From: Bacillales bacterium UBA3620
Lineage (GTDB): Bacteria; Bacillota_I; Bacilli_A; RF39; UBA660
Reading direction: 5' to 3'
NCBI GenBank assembly: GCA_002375205.1
Contig: DFLL01000017.1
Coordinates: 474-59,015, forward strand
DNA length: 58,542 bases
The notes beneath the pieces are model-generated. The model did not search any database. It saw only the letters and a list, made by a program, of their open reading frames with translations, and had not been told where the DNA came from. Made by a program: the position numbers and the translations under genes. This document shows, in pieces, positions 26,753 to 35,492 of this stretch (its first letter is position 1; each line of letters starts with the position of its first letter).

Positions 26753-28789
26753 CTATATGTCTTTCTCATAATCACAATTAGTACATTTAATCTTATCTTT
26801 TTTCTTTGTAAGAACACCATTGCAGTTAGGGCAAGATTCCCCTATTGGCTCATCCCAAGTAGCAAAATCACATTTAGGATAGTTAGAGCAACCATAAAAG
26901 ATTTTACCTCTCTTTGTTTTTCTTTCAATAATTTTACCGTCACATTTAGGACAAGGCATAATTTCTTTTACTTCTTTTTTCTCCGTAGGTTTAATATACT
27001 TACATTCCGGATAATTAGAGCAAGCAACAAACTTACCATATTTACTTTGTTTTACTACTAATGGATTACCACAATTAGGGCATGTTTCTCCTGTCTCTTC
27101 AGGAGCTTTCTTTTCCATTTCACTAAAAGCTACTTTTACTTTAGGTTCAAAATCCTTATAAAATAGTTCAAGAAGTTTATTCCACTCTAAATTACCCTCT
27201 GCTATCTTATCAAGATCATCTTCCATCTTCTTCGTATATTCAACATTAATAATATCTTTAAAGAATTCCTGTAATTTATCAGTAGTTTCAATTCCTATTT
27301 CTGTAGGTACAAATTTCTTCTCTACTAGTTTTACATAAGCTCTCTCTATTATTGTTTCGATTGTTTTAGCATATGTAGAAGGTCTACCTATTCCTAATTC
27401 TTCCATTTCTTTAATTAGTTTACTTTCTGTATATCTACTAGGAGGTTTAGTTGTATGCATTGTATAATCAATATTATTAGATACTATTATATTACTCTTA
27501 TAATTAGAAAAATCAGGAAGTATTTTATCTTCAGAATCTTCATACATATTATATACTTTTAAATAACCATCAAATATAAGTACCTGACCAGTAGTCTTAA
27601 ACTGATAATTATTATTATCTAGTATTACAGTCGTAGCTTCCACTTTAGCATCTTTCATTAATGACGCTAAAGCTCTATAATAAATAATTCGATATAATTT
27701 ATATTCATCACTCGTTAAATACTCTTTAATTTTTTCCGGTTCTCTATTAATAGATGTTGGTCTAATAGCTTCATGAGCATCTTGAACATTTTCTGTTTTA
27801 TTACTTGTTTTAACATAGCCAACATACTCACTACCATAGTTTTCTTTAATATAACCATATGTGCTCTTAATAAACTCATCAGAAAGTCTTACTGAGTCAG
27901 TTCTCATATATGATATAAGACCCACAGTTTCTGTGCCGATATTAATACCTTCATATAACTTTTGTGCAATACTCATTGTCTTCTTCGAACTAAAGCCTAA
28001 CTTACTAGAAGCCTCTTGCTGAAGAGTACTTGTTGTAAAAGGAAATTTGCTCTTCTTAGCTTTCTCTTTTTTATCAACACTTTCTATTTTAAAAGCATTA
28101 GAAAGTTTACTAAGAATATCTTTAGCTTCATTTTCTTTTTTAATTTCAATTTTTTTATGATTATAAGTATCTAGCTTAGCATCAAAGTCACTAAAATGAG
28201 CATCTATTTCATAATATTCTTCTGGTATAAAAGCCTCTATTTCTCTTTCTCTATCGACAATTAATTTTAGAGCAACACTTTGCACTCTACCCGCAGACTT
28301 ACCACCTGTTTTTGATTGCATAAGTTTGCTTAATCTAAAGCCAATAATTCGATCCAATATTCTTCTTGTTTCCTGTGACTTAACTAAATTATCATCAATC
28401 ATTCTTGCTTTATCAAAAGAATTAAGAACAGCTCCTTTTGTTATTTCATTAAATACTATTCTTTTATAATTATTATCATTTAAACCTAAAGTATCATATA
28501 AATGCCAACTAATAGCTTCTCCCTCCCTATCAGGGTCGGTAGCTAAATATACAAAACTAGCATTTTTAACATCGCTTTTTAATTCTTTAACTAATTTATT
28601 TTTACCTTTAATAATTTTATAATCAGGTTTAAACCCATTATCTATATCTACTCCAAACCCATATTTACCAGAAGTAGATAAATCTCTTATATGTCCAACC
28701 GAAGAAACTACTTTGTAGTCACTTCCTAAATATTTTTCTATTGTCTTACTTTTATGTGGTGACTCCACGATAACTAGTTTTTTATTCAT
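26753..28789 (-). CDS. topA: DNA topoisomerase I
   Basis: TOPRIM start MNKKLVIVESPHK, the DPDREGEAI motif, active-site region SYMRTDS, and three C-terminal CxxC...CxxC zinc ribbons. Start set at ATG 28789 (RBS AAAGGAAGGA). Confidence 0.95.
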   Translation of the reverse strand: MNKKLVIVESPHKSKTIEKYLGSDYKVVSSVGHIRDLSTSGKYGFGVDIDNGFKPDYKIIKGKNKLVKELKSDVKNASFVYLATDPDREGEAISWHLYDTLGLNDNNYKRIVFNEITKGAVLNSFDKARMIDDNLVKSQETRRILDRIIGFRLSKLMQSKTGGKSAGRVQSVALKLIVDREREIEAFIPEEYYEIDAHFSDFDAKLDTYNHKKIEIKKENEAKDILSKLSNAFKIESVDKKEKAKKSKFPFTTSTLQQEASSKLGFSSKKTMSIAQKLYEGINIGTETVGLISYMRTDSVRLSDEFIKSTYGYIKENYGSEYVGYVKTSNKTENVQDAHEAIRPTSINREPEKIKEYLTSDEYKLYRIIYYRALASLMKDAKVEATTVILDNNNYQFKTTGQVLIFDGYLKVYNMYEDSEDKILPDFSNYKSNIIVSNNIDYTMHTTKPPSRYTESKLIKEMEELGIGRPSTYAKTIETIIERAYVKLVEKKFVPTEIGIETTDKLQEFFKDIINVEYTKKMEDDLDKIAEGNLEWNKLLELFYKDFEPKVKVAFSEMEKKAPEETGETCPNCGNPLVVKQSKYGKFVACSNYPECKYIKPTEKKEVKEIMPCPKCDGKIIERKTKRGKIFYGCSNYPKCDFATWDEPIGESCPNCNGVLTKKKDKIKCTNCDYEKDI

Positions 28790-28949
28790 AGAATCCTTCC
28801 TTTCTCTCTGTAACATTATATACTATATTTATTCTAAAATGCAAGTCTTTTTTTAGGAAATTAAAAATAGCCCTCATAAAGAGAGCTAAATATATATTAA
28901 ACATAAGCATTAACTTATGACATTATATATTATGCAAACAATCAATAAA

Positions 28950-28985
28950 TGTTCCAAAAAAAGAAAGACTATCCAAGTCTTTCCT
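28950..28985 (-). terminator. rho-independent terminator overlapping the yqeY stop
   Basis: The minus strand reads gaaagacttggatagtctttc followed by TTTTTTT. Confidence 0.5.
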
Positions 28986-29412
28986 TTATTAATTTACTAA
29001 CTAAAGACATATCCGCTCTTCCTTTTACTAAAGGAGTAACGCTTTTCATAATAAGTCCCATATCTTTCTGACTAGTAGGTTTTACTTCGTCAAAGACTTT
29101 ATCTAATATCTTATTTAATTCTTCATCTGATAAAGCTTCAGGCATATAAGAAGATAATATTTCCACTTCCTTCTTATTCTGTTCTACTAAGTCTTCTCTA
29201 CCAGCTTTTTCAAATTGCTCGATAGCCTCTTTACGCATTTTTATTTGCTTAGATAAAACATTAATTACATCATCATCAGTAAGCTCTTCTCTAGGACTTT
29301 TTTTAGCAAGTTGCATAGCACCTTTTACCATTCTAATTACTCCTAGTTTAAAAGTATCTTTATTTTTCATTGCATCTTTTAAATCATTATTAATCTTTTC
29401 TGATAATGTCAT
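28969..29412 (-). CDS. yqeY: GatB/YqeY domain-containing protein
   Basis: 147 aa. L.EKI..DLK.AMK.KD......IRM....................DD.V..VL.K.IK.R.E....F..AGR.DL is the YqeY pattern. The rpsU-yqeY synteny matches Bacilli. Confidence 0.9.
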   Translation of the reverse strand: MTLSEKINNDLKDAMKNKDTFKLGVIRMVKGAMQLAKKSPREELTDDDVINVLSKQIKMRKEAIEQFEKAGREDLVEQNKKEVEILSSYMPEALSDEELNKILDKVFDEVKPTSQKDMGLIMKSVTPLVKGRADMSLVSKLIKERLG

Positions 29413-29424
29413 AAACTCACCCTC

Positions 29425-29637
29425 TTAGTAATTATTCTTTCTAGCATTTCTTCTAGAATTAATAGTATTTTTTTTCTTTTCTTCTTTTTCTCTTTTTGAT
29501 TTACTTTTATATCCTTCAGCTCTTTCTTTAGCTTTAGAGAGATTACCGTTACGTGCTACTTGATTTTTAAATTTTCTTAAAGCAAATTCAACATCATTAT
29601 TTCTAACACTAACGGTTACTTTAGTTCCTGCAGACAT
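29425..29637 (-). CDS. rpsU: 30S ribosomal protein S21
   Basis: Start set at ATG 29637 (AAGGAGG 6 nt upstream). The VRNNDVEFALRKFKNQVARNGNLSKAKERAEGYKSKSKREK pattern is typical of S21. Confidence 0.85.
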   Translation of the reverse strand: MSAGTKVTVSVRNNDVEFALRKFKNQVARNGNLSKAKERAEGYKSKSKREKEEKKKNTINSRRNARKNNY

Positions 29638-29698
29638 TCTATCCCTCCTTCCGCTTTTTCCATCATAAATTATATCATTATTTGACATATTTTACAAT

Positions 29699-29762
29699 AA
29701 GTTTTTACTTATTTTATCCCATTATTAACAAAGTTTTTACTTATTTTATCAAATTATTAAAC
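29699..29762 (-). repeat. tandem duplication of a 32-nt unit upstream of rpsU
   Basis: 29699-29730 and 29731-29762 are 28/32 identical, with a perfect 20-nt core aagtttttacttattttatc. Confidence 0.8.
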
Positions 29763-29990
29763 AAAAAAGATATTTTTGTAATATTTTTTTAATAAGAAAG
29801 AGAAAATAATTAATTTCTCCCATATAATCAAAGTCCTCATAATGTGATTGTCAAAAAGTAAGTCGAATTTAGCAAACAAAAAAAGAATTGCAAATAGCAA
29901 TCTTTAAAACACAATATCTAATTTTTATATTTTAAATTATCAAGTATTTTTTCACTATATTTATTTTCTTTTTCTAACTCTTTTAAACTC

Positions 29991-30767
29991 TTATCTGGTG
30001 TTGGTAAAATCTTCTGGCATAGTACCGCCTAATCTTTTAATACTATTTCTTACTTCTTTACCAACTTCATAATGAACAGAATTTGCAGTATATTCATTAT
30101 CCACATTATCTCTTTTTAATTTAGCATCTGTTTGAGCTATTCTAAATATATTATCCGCAAGTTCTTCACTCCCCATATTATCTAATATATCTTCTCTATA
30201 TCTTAATTTCTTTCTTTTGAAAATATCATCTGCTGTTTCACCATTATAAAGTCCTTTGTATCCAGTATTATGAAATCTAGCCAAATCTTTTACTCCACTT
30301 TTTACTGCCGTTTGATTCAAATTATAATTACCTTTTCTTGCTTGATTTCTTCTATATAATCTTTTTTCATTTTCAGTTAGATTATTATATTCTAATTCAG
30401 ATAGTTCCTGCTTTCTTGTTTGGATGGCAAAATAAGTTTGACCTAAAGCTATTATTTCTTTTTGAGGATTTCCATTCATTACAATTAAATAGCATGCATA
30501 TCTAGATAGTTTATAATCTATAATTTTTCTTGTTGTTTTAGATCCTATATCAACCATTTTGCGGTACAACGCAAAATGGTCATCAATATTATATTTGCTT
30601 TCTTTACATGCTGATATAGCTCTTACAATTAAATCATTTATACTTCTCCACTGATTGTATCCTAAAATACTTTGTAATTCTCTTGCTAACCAATACTCAT
30701 TACCTAATTCATCTATATGTTTTATATCTTCAAATATTTTTTCTGTGTATTCTTTTATTTCATTCAT
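29991..30767 (-). CDS. dinD: DNA damage-inducible protein D (DinD family)
   Basis: FEDIKHIDELGNEYWLARELQSILGY.QWRS....I.RAI.ACK.S......HF....KMV.IGS...R.I.DYKLSRYACYLI.MNG.P.K..IA.GQTYFAIQTRKQE is the DinD signature. Confidence 0.85.
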   Translation of the reverse strand: MNEIKEYTEKIFEDIKHIDELGNEYWLARELQSILGYNQWRSINDLIVRAISACKESKYNIDDHFALYRKMVDIGSKTTRKIIDYKLSRYACYLIVMNGNPQKEIIALGQTYFAIQTRKQELSELEYNNLTENEKRLYRRNQARKGNYNLNQTAVKSGVKDLARFHNTGYKGLYNGETADDIFKRKKLRYREDILDNMGSEELADNIFRIAQTDAKLKRDNVDNEYTANSVHYEVGKEVRNSIKRLGGTMPEDFTNTR

Positions 30768-30783
30768 TTTATCATCTTCCTTT

Positions 30784-31255
30784 CTACGGACTACAAGTCT
30801 CTATTTTTAATTTACTATTTTTAATTTTAAACATAATACTCCCATCTTGATCTGTTCTATATATTTTACTGTTTTTTAAATTATCTAATACTTCTTTATT
30901 TGGATGACCATATCTATTATTTTTACCTACTGATATCATTGAATATTTTTGATCTATTTCAAAGTTGAACTCTTCACTACTACTTGTCTTACTTCTACGA
31001 TGTTCTTCTTTTAAAACATCAATATCTGGTAAATTATACTCATTAATAATTTTCTGTAATACTTGATGCATCTACCATAAACAAAAATTTATATCAATCA
31101 AGTTCGATATAAATAACATTACTACTATCATTTTCATGATCATATTCTTTAGTTTGTAGGAAGTATAATTTGTTCTTATCAATATTTAATTCTTTAATAC
31201 TTCAGTAATATTTAATATTCATTTTATCTAACACTTTGATTAATTCTTTCTCAAA
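30784..31255 (-). pseudogene. comEC: decayed 3' remnant of comEC/rec2 (metallo-beta-lactamase domain only)
   Basis: The 95-aa ORF ends ...DVLKEEHRRSKTSSS..F....Q.YSMISVGKNNRYGHPNKEVLDNLK.SKIYRTDQDGSI, matching the ComEC C-terminus (LKV.HHGSKTSSS ... SVG.NNRYGHP ... YRTDQ.G). Upstream, a different frame reads ...HENDSSNVIYIELD*YKFLFMVDA, matching ComEC NNNSLVL....FLFTGDA. That frame carries two in-frame TGA codons (31202-31204 and 31094-31096) and a frameshift. The membrane (competence) domain is absent. Confidence 0.7.
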
Positions 31256-31349
31256 TCATTATAAGGGTCAAAATTAAAATCTTTATATTAAAATTATTAA
31301 CTAAATTAATTGTTTTAACCATATAGTAATAATTCACATGATATAACAA

Positions 31350-31383
31350 TCAAAAAATTAATAAGAGGGTTATCCCTCTTATT
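31350..31383 (-). terminator. rho-independent terminator after the second leader peptide gene
   Basis: 10-bp perfect stem aataagaggg/ccctcttatt with loop ttat. On the minus strand it is followed by TTAATTTTTTG. Confidence 0.65.
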
Positions 31384-31384
31384 A

Positions 31385-31552
31385 TTATAAACTACAATTT
31401 TTACCTTCAATAATTCTTCTTATTGAACTGCCTAGAGCATCTCCTAAATTATAAATAGTTTCAACAACTTTATAAATAGCTCCCATCATCGCAGCACTAA
31501 TACTAGTTCCACCACTAACATTTTTCATTTCTTCTATTTTTAACTTTCTCAT
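31385..31552 (-). CDS. double-glycine-leader peptide B (55 aa), class II bacteriocin-like precursor
   Basis: Hand translation gives MRKLKIEEMKNVSGG / TSISAAMMGAIYKVVETIYNLGDALGSSIRRIIEGKNCSL. RBS is AAAAGGAG. The leader fits L(-12) E(-8) M(-7) V(-4) GG. Not in the ORF track (under 60 aa). Confidence 0.7.
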   Translation of the reverse strand: MRKLKIEEMKNVSGGTSISAAMMGAIYKVVETIYNLGDALGSSIRRIIEGKNCSL

Positions 31553-31566
31553 ATAAATCTCCTTTT

Positions 31567-31710
31567 TTAATTTCTACACGCCTCTGGATTTGAATATCCA
31601 TGAAATATACCTATTAAGAAAGTGATAACAACTCCAATAATACTTGAAACTACTACCGGAGAAGCACCTCCTTCTATTTTTTTCATTTGTTCTTTATTTA
31701 ATTTTTTCAT
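31567..31710 (-). CDS. double-glycine-leader peptide A (47 aa), class II bacteriocin-like precursor
   Basis: Hand translation gives MKKLNKEQMKKIEGG / ASPVVVSSIIGVVITFLIGIFHGYSNPEACRN. RBS is GGAGGTAAAA. The mature part is hydrophobic and contains GIFHG (GxxxG). Confidence 0.7.
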   Translation of the reverse strand: MKKLNKEQMKKIEGGASPVVVSSIIGVVITFLIGIFHGYSNPEACRN

Positions 31711-31712
31711 TT

Positions 31713-32144
31713 TTACCTCCTCATAATATAATCAATTACTCTTTTATTCTCTTTTAAAAAGTGAAGATCTAAACTTAAATTATTAATATTATATTTCAAA
31801 GGAATATCTATCTCAATATTTATTATCTGATATGTTGTACTATTATCAGTAAAAAAATTTTCATCTACCGATATAATCTTGTAATTAAATTCTCTCTTAT
31901 CAATCATCACAACATCATTAGAGGTTAAATAACTAATTTTATCTAAAGGAATATATAATCTTATATAATATTTCTCATCATCAAATTGAACTATACCTTT
32001 TACTTTATAATATAACTTATAATGAAATAGAGTCATAAACATAATTAAGGAAAGTGCTATCACTATTATTATCATTATATACATATATATTAAAGGCTCA
32101 ACCCTTCTACTAAATATAATTCCGCTACCTATATAATATTTCAT
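31713..32144 (-). CDS. small single-TM accessory protein, possibly a minimal HlyD/LcnD-like export partner
   Basis: 143 aa with one TM segment and then a beta-rich segment. Its start overlaps the ABC transporter stop (ATGA). Its stop sits in the RBS of peptide A. Assignment is by position only. Confidence 0.4.
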   Translation of the reverse strand: MKYYIGSGIIFSRRVEPLIYMYIMIIIVIALSLIMFMTLFHYKLYYKVKGIVQFDDEKYYIRLYIPLDKISYLTSNDVVMIDKREFNYKIISVDENFFTDNSTTYQIINIEIDIPLKYNINNLSLDLHFLKENKRVIDYIMRR

Positions 32145-34219
32145 ATATCCCCCCTTACATAATTTTTAGCTGCATTTTTATCAATTACAATCATTCTATT
32201 ATATAAATCCATATTATCTTTCCGATGAGAAATAATAATAAAAGTCTTATCCTTATATTCATTAAAAATATTTTGAATAATCTTCCTTTCCAAATTAACA
32301 TCAATTTCATTTAAACCTTCATCAATCATAATAATATTACCATTTTTAAGTAGACCTCTAGCTAAGACTATTCTCTGCCTTTGACCTCCTGATAAATTTA
32401 CTCCATTCTCTTCAAGCCTATAATCATATCCTAATAAGTTATCCCTTACAATATCATCTACATAAGTAATTTTGCATACCTTTAAAAATTCTTCCTCACT
32501 TATATTCCTATCTAACATAATATTATTTCTAATCGTTCCCGTAAAAATAGATTCACATTGTGAAATATAAGTAATATTTTTTCTTATATCACTAAGACTA
32601 TAATCATTTATATCATAATTATTTATAAATATCATATCTCGTTCAACATCAAAATACTTATATATAAGTTTTAATATAGTACTTTTGCCTACACCAGAGT
32701 CTCCCATTATAAGTACTCTATCTCTTTCATTAATATAAAAACTTATATTATCGAGTAAATTATTTTTATTATTATAAGAGTATAATAAATTTTTAATAAT
32801 TATATTTCCTTTAACTTCTAACTTATTACCATCAAATATCTCCTCCTTAACATTTAATAAATTATTAGCTCTTATAATGGAATTCTTTACATAGTGATAT
32901 TCATTCAAAATATCTACTATATTTTTTATTGGATAGATCAAATAACTAGATAAAAACGTTATAGTTAAATAATTACCCATTGTTAAAGAATTATTAAAAA
33001 TTAACCTTATACTAAAATAACTAACCATTAATAAGCCAATATCTGTTATTAAGTCTTTAAATAATTGTATTAGATTAATAACCTCATTTTTCTTATATAC
33101 AGTATTTAATAATGATGAATATAATTTAGAAAAATTTAAAATAGTAGTATCCTCAATATTAAGATTTTTTATCGTCTCATAAGAACTAACAGCTTCAATA
33201 ATGGCACTATTAGTTAAAGCACTACATTCCTGTTCCTTAATAGTACTTATCTTTATTGGATAATTAAATAACAAAAGTATCAATAAATATATAAATATAA
33301 TTAAACAAATAATAAACAAAATCTTTTTATTAATAAATGAAAAAAATATAAAGGAAATAATAAAGATAATCGTATCTAAGAAAATACCCACTATTACCTT
33401 AGAAATAAATGATTTCAAAGAGAACAAATCTGTTAATCTAGATAAAACTTCACCAGTAGTCTTATTCTTATAATAGTAATAAGGAAGTAAAATTGTTTTC
33501 GTAAAAGTACTAAGAATTATACTAATATCTAATTTCTGATTTAAAAATAGAAGAAGATAATTTCTTACATAACTAGTTACTATCTTAACAATATACAAAA
33601 TAGAGAACAATAATGTTATAATAGCAATATTACTAGTAGTACTATCTATTACGTAATCAAAAATTACCTGAGAATAAAAAGAAGTACTTGCTGAAAAAAT
33701 AGTAAAAATAAACGATAATATAAATATAAAAATAATAATATTCTTATTTTTCAATAACACATATATAATTATTTTATTTAATATTTTTTCACCAGTTAAA
33801 ACTGGAAGATTTCGATCCTTCTCAAATAGCATAATATTACCTGTAAAAGAGTTAACAAAATCAAATAATTCCATAACTACCTTTCCTTTAGAAGGATCCA
33901 TAATAATAATTTTAGTATCTTCTATTTTATATACTACAACAAAATGCATATAATTATTATTATTTATCTGAGCAATAAAAGGAGTACCAATATCCTCTAA
34001 CTTACTATCATTATCAACTTTATAAGCAAATGATTTTAAGCCAATACTTTCCGCTGCTAAACTTAGATTATAAAAATTAGTACCCTCTCTATCTGTCTTT
34101 GTCAAAACTATCAATCTATCTAATAATATATCACCTCCATAAAAACGAATAATTGATAGAAGGGCCGCCGCTCCACAATCTTTTTCTCCTTCTTGTAACA
34201 CAATTAGTCTTTTGCGCAT
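32141..34219 (-). CDS. peptidase C39 domain-containing bacteriocin-processing ABC transporter (PCAT; ComA/LagD/SunT type)
   Basis: The N-terminal C39 domain has Cys (EKDCGAAAL), His (YMHFVVVY) and Asp (IMDPSKG). It is followed by six-TM and NBD regions with GDSGVGKST, LSGGQRQR and IMIDEG. Confidence 0.9.
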   Translation of the reverse strand: MRKRLIVLQEGEKDCGAAALLSIIRFYGGDILLDRLIVLTKTDREGTNFYNLSLAAESIGLKSFAYKVDNDSKLEDIGTPFIAQINNNNYMHFVVVYKIEDTKIIIMDPSKGKVVMELFDFVNSFTGNIMLFEKDRNLPVLTGEKILNKIIIYVLLKNKNIIIFIFILSFIFTIFSASTSFYSQVIFDYVIDSTTSNIAIITLLFSILYIVKIVTSYVRNYLLLFLNQKLDISIILSTFTKTILLPYYYYKNKTTGEVLSRLTDLFSLKSFISKVIVGIFLDTIIFIISFIFFSFINKKILFIICLIIFIYLLILLLFNYPIKISTIKEQECSALTNSAIIEAVSSYETIKNLNIEDTTILNFSKLYSSLLNTVYKKNEVINLIQLFKDLITDIGLLMVSYFSIRLIFNNSLTMGNYLTITFLSSYLIYPIKNIVDILNEYHYVKNSIIRANNLLNVKEEIFDGNKLEVKGNIIIKNLLYSYNNKNNLLDNISFYINERDRVLIMGDSGVGKSTILKLIYKYFDVERDMIFINNYDINDYSLSDIRKNITYISQCESIFTGTIRNNIMLDRNISEEEFLKVCKITYVDDIVRDNLLGYDYRLEENGVNLSGGQRQRIVLARGLLKNGNIIMIDEGLNEIDVNLERKIIQNIFNEYKDKTFIIISHRKDNMDLYNRMIVIDKNAAKNYVRGDI

Positions 34220-34340
34220 TCTACCTCCTCATAATATGTATTAAACATTGAAGGTCAAATTTTAAACTGTTTTTCTAAATTTCTTAAAAAAATCATCATT
34301 TTAAAACATTTATATGTCAAATATATGTAAACAAAAAAAC

Positions 34341-35423
34341 TTAATCTATTTTTTTTAGATTAAGTTTTACTTTTTTCTTGCTATTTAAATATTCTAATTT
34401 AAAATCATTATCTGCATCAATACTATTTATATTATATATAAGTAAATACTCTTTATACTCATTAATATCTAAATATCCTCCTTTATAACCAATGCCAATA
34501 TCAGTAAAATAATTATAATACTTCATACTAGGAAAATATTCATCATTCTTGCTATTTAATACAAATTCATCTAAATCCAAACTATATTTATTCGTCTTTC
34601 CAATTATACTAACTTTTATTATAACATAACTATTATCTTTACTTATCCTATTTCTTTCGGATATATAGGAACAATTTACTTTTAAATTAAAATCCTTGGT
34701 ATTAAGTATTTCACCTTCACTTAAATCTCTATTTATTATATACCTATTAACAGGAAAAACAAATACTAAAATAATAGTTGCAATAACTAAAAATATATTA
34801 ATGATCAAAGAATTATCTTTATAATAATATGAAAATTCCCTAATTAATTTCCTACCATTCCTCTTAAAAGCGTTAGAATTAAGAACGTTATAAACTTCTA
34901 CTTCCGCACTATCCTCTTCATTCAAATTAAGCTCTTTTAAATCACTAGTAAAATTAAACTTCTTAATATCAAAGCCAAGGCCTCTTATTAACATTGGAAT
35001 AGACATAATTATTAAAATACCGTAATTAATTGTCGATATATCTCTATATAATCTAAGTTCTCTTCCCGAAACACTAGTAGACTCAAGTCCCCTAATATTA
35101 AAATATGAAATTATAAAAAGAATAGAAGAAAAAACACATAATATGATTATCCCTATATAAAATAATCTAGGTTTAGATTTATATTTCATTAAAAAATAGA
35201 TAATGGTAGAAAGAATCATTACTAAAATAAAACTAATATATATATAATAACTATTATAATTCGAAGAAATTACTTCAATTTTACCACTATAAGTAATATA
35301 ATCCCTAAAAAAATCAAATATTTTTTTAGCCATCACAGTAGAATATTCAAGCATTACAAACATTATTAAATGAATCAATCTAAAATGTCTAATTAAAAAA
35401 GCATATGGCCTTCTGAAAATCAT
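34341..35423 (-). CDS. polytopic membrane protein with a C-terminal extracytoplasmic beta-rich domain (DUF4352-like?)
   Basis: 360 aa with 4-5 TM segments. The C-terminal 130 aa or so follow the last TM. Strong RBS (TAGGAGGAA). Confidence 0.5.
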   Translation of the reverse strand: MIFRRPYAFLIRHFRLIHLIMFVMLEYSTVMAKKIFDFFRDYITYSGKIEVISSNYNSYYIYISFILVMILSTIIYFLMKYKSKPRLFYIGIIILCVFSSILFIISYFNIRGLESTSVSGRELRLYRDISTINYGILIIMSIPMLIRGLGFDIKKFNFTSDLKELNLNEEDSAEVEVYNVLNSNAFKRNGRKLIREFSYYYKDNSLIINIFLVIATIILVFVFPVNRYIINRDLSEGEILNTKDFNLKVNCSYISERNRISKDNSYVIIKVSIIGKTNKYSLDLDEFVLNSKNDEYFPSMKYYNYFTDIGIGYKGGYLDINEYKEYLLIYNINSIDADNDFKLEYLNSKKKVKLNLKKID

Positions 35424-35492
35424 AATTATTCCTCCTACATTCCATAATAATTATAATATAAAAAATAAAAAGAAACAATATAATTGCTTCCT

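Noticed and set aside
29638-29688. N-terminal extensions of track ORFs: rpsU to 29688, topA to 28816, the coiled-coil gene to 9798, mraZ to 24795, rsmH to 24368, the membrane protein to 49030
   Set aside because: In each case an internal ATG with a proper Shine-Dalgarno, and/or a promoter located inside the extension, gives the family-typical N-terminus.
31266-31272. ggtcaaa at 31266-31272 and 34253-34259 as a target-site duplication flanking the bacteriocin cassette
   Set aside because: Only a 7-mer is shared, which is easily a chance match in AT-rich DNA. No transposase, integrase or terminal inverted repeats are present.
34257-34307. Direct repeats attttaaac / attttaaaac upstream of the ABC transporter as LytTR-type regulator boxes
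   Set aside because: The spacing is about 40 nt, not the roughly 21-nt phasing of LytTR sites. The repeats are short and AT-only, and there is no cognate regulator gene nearby.
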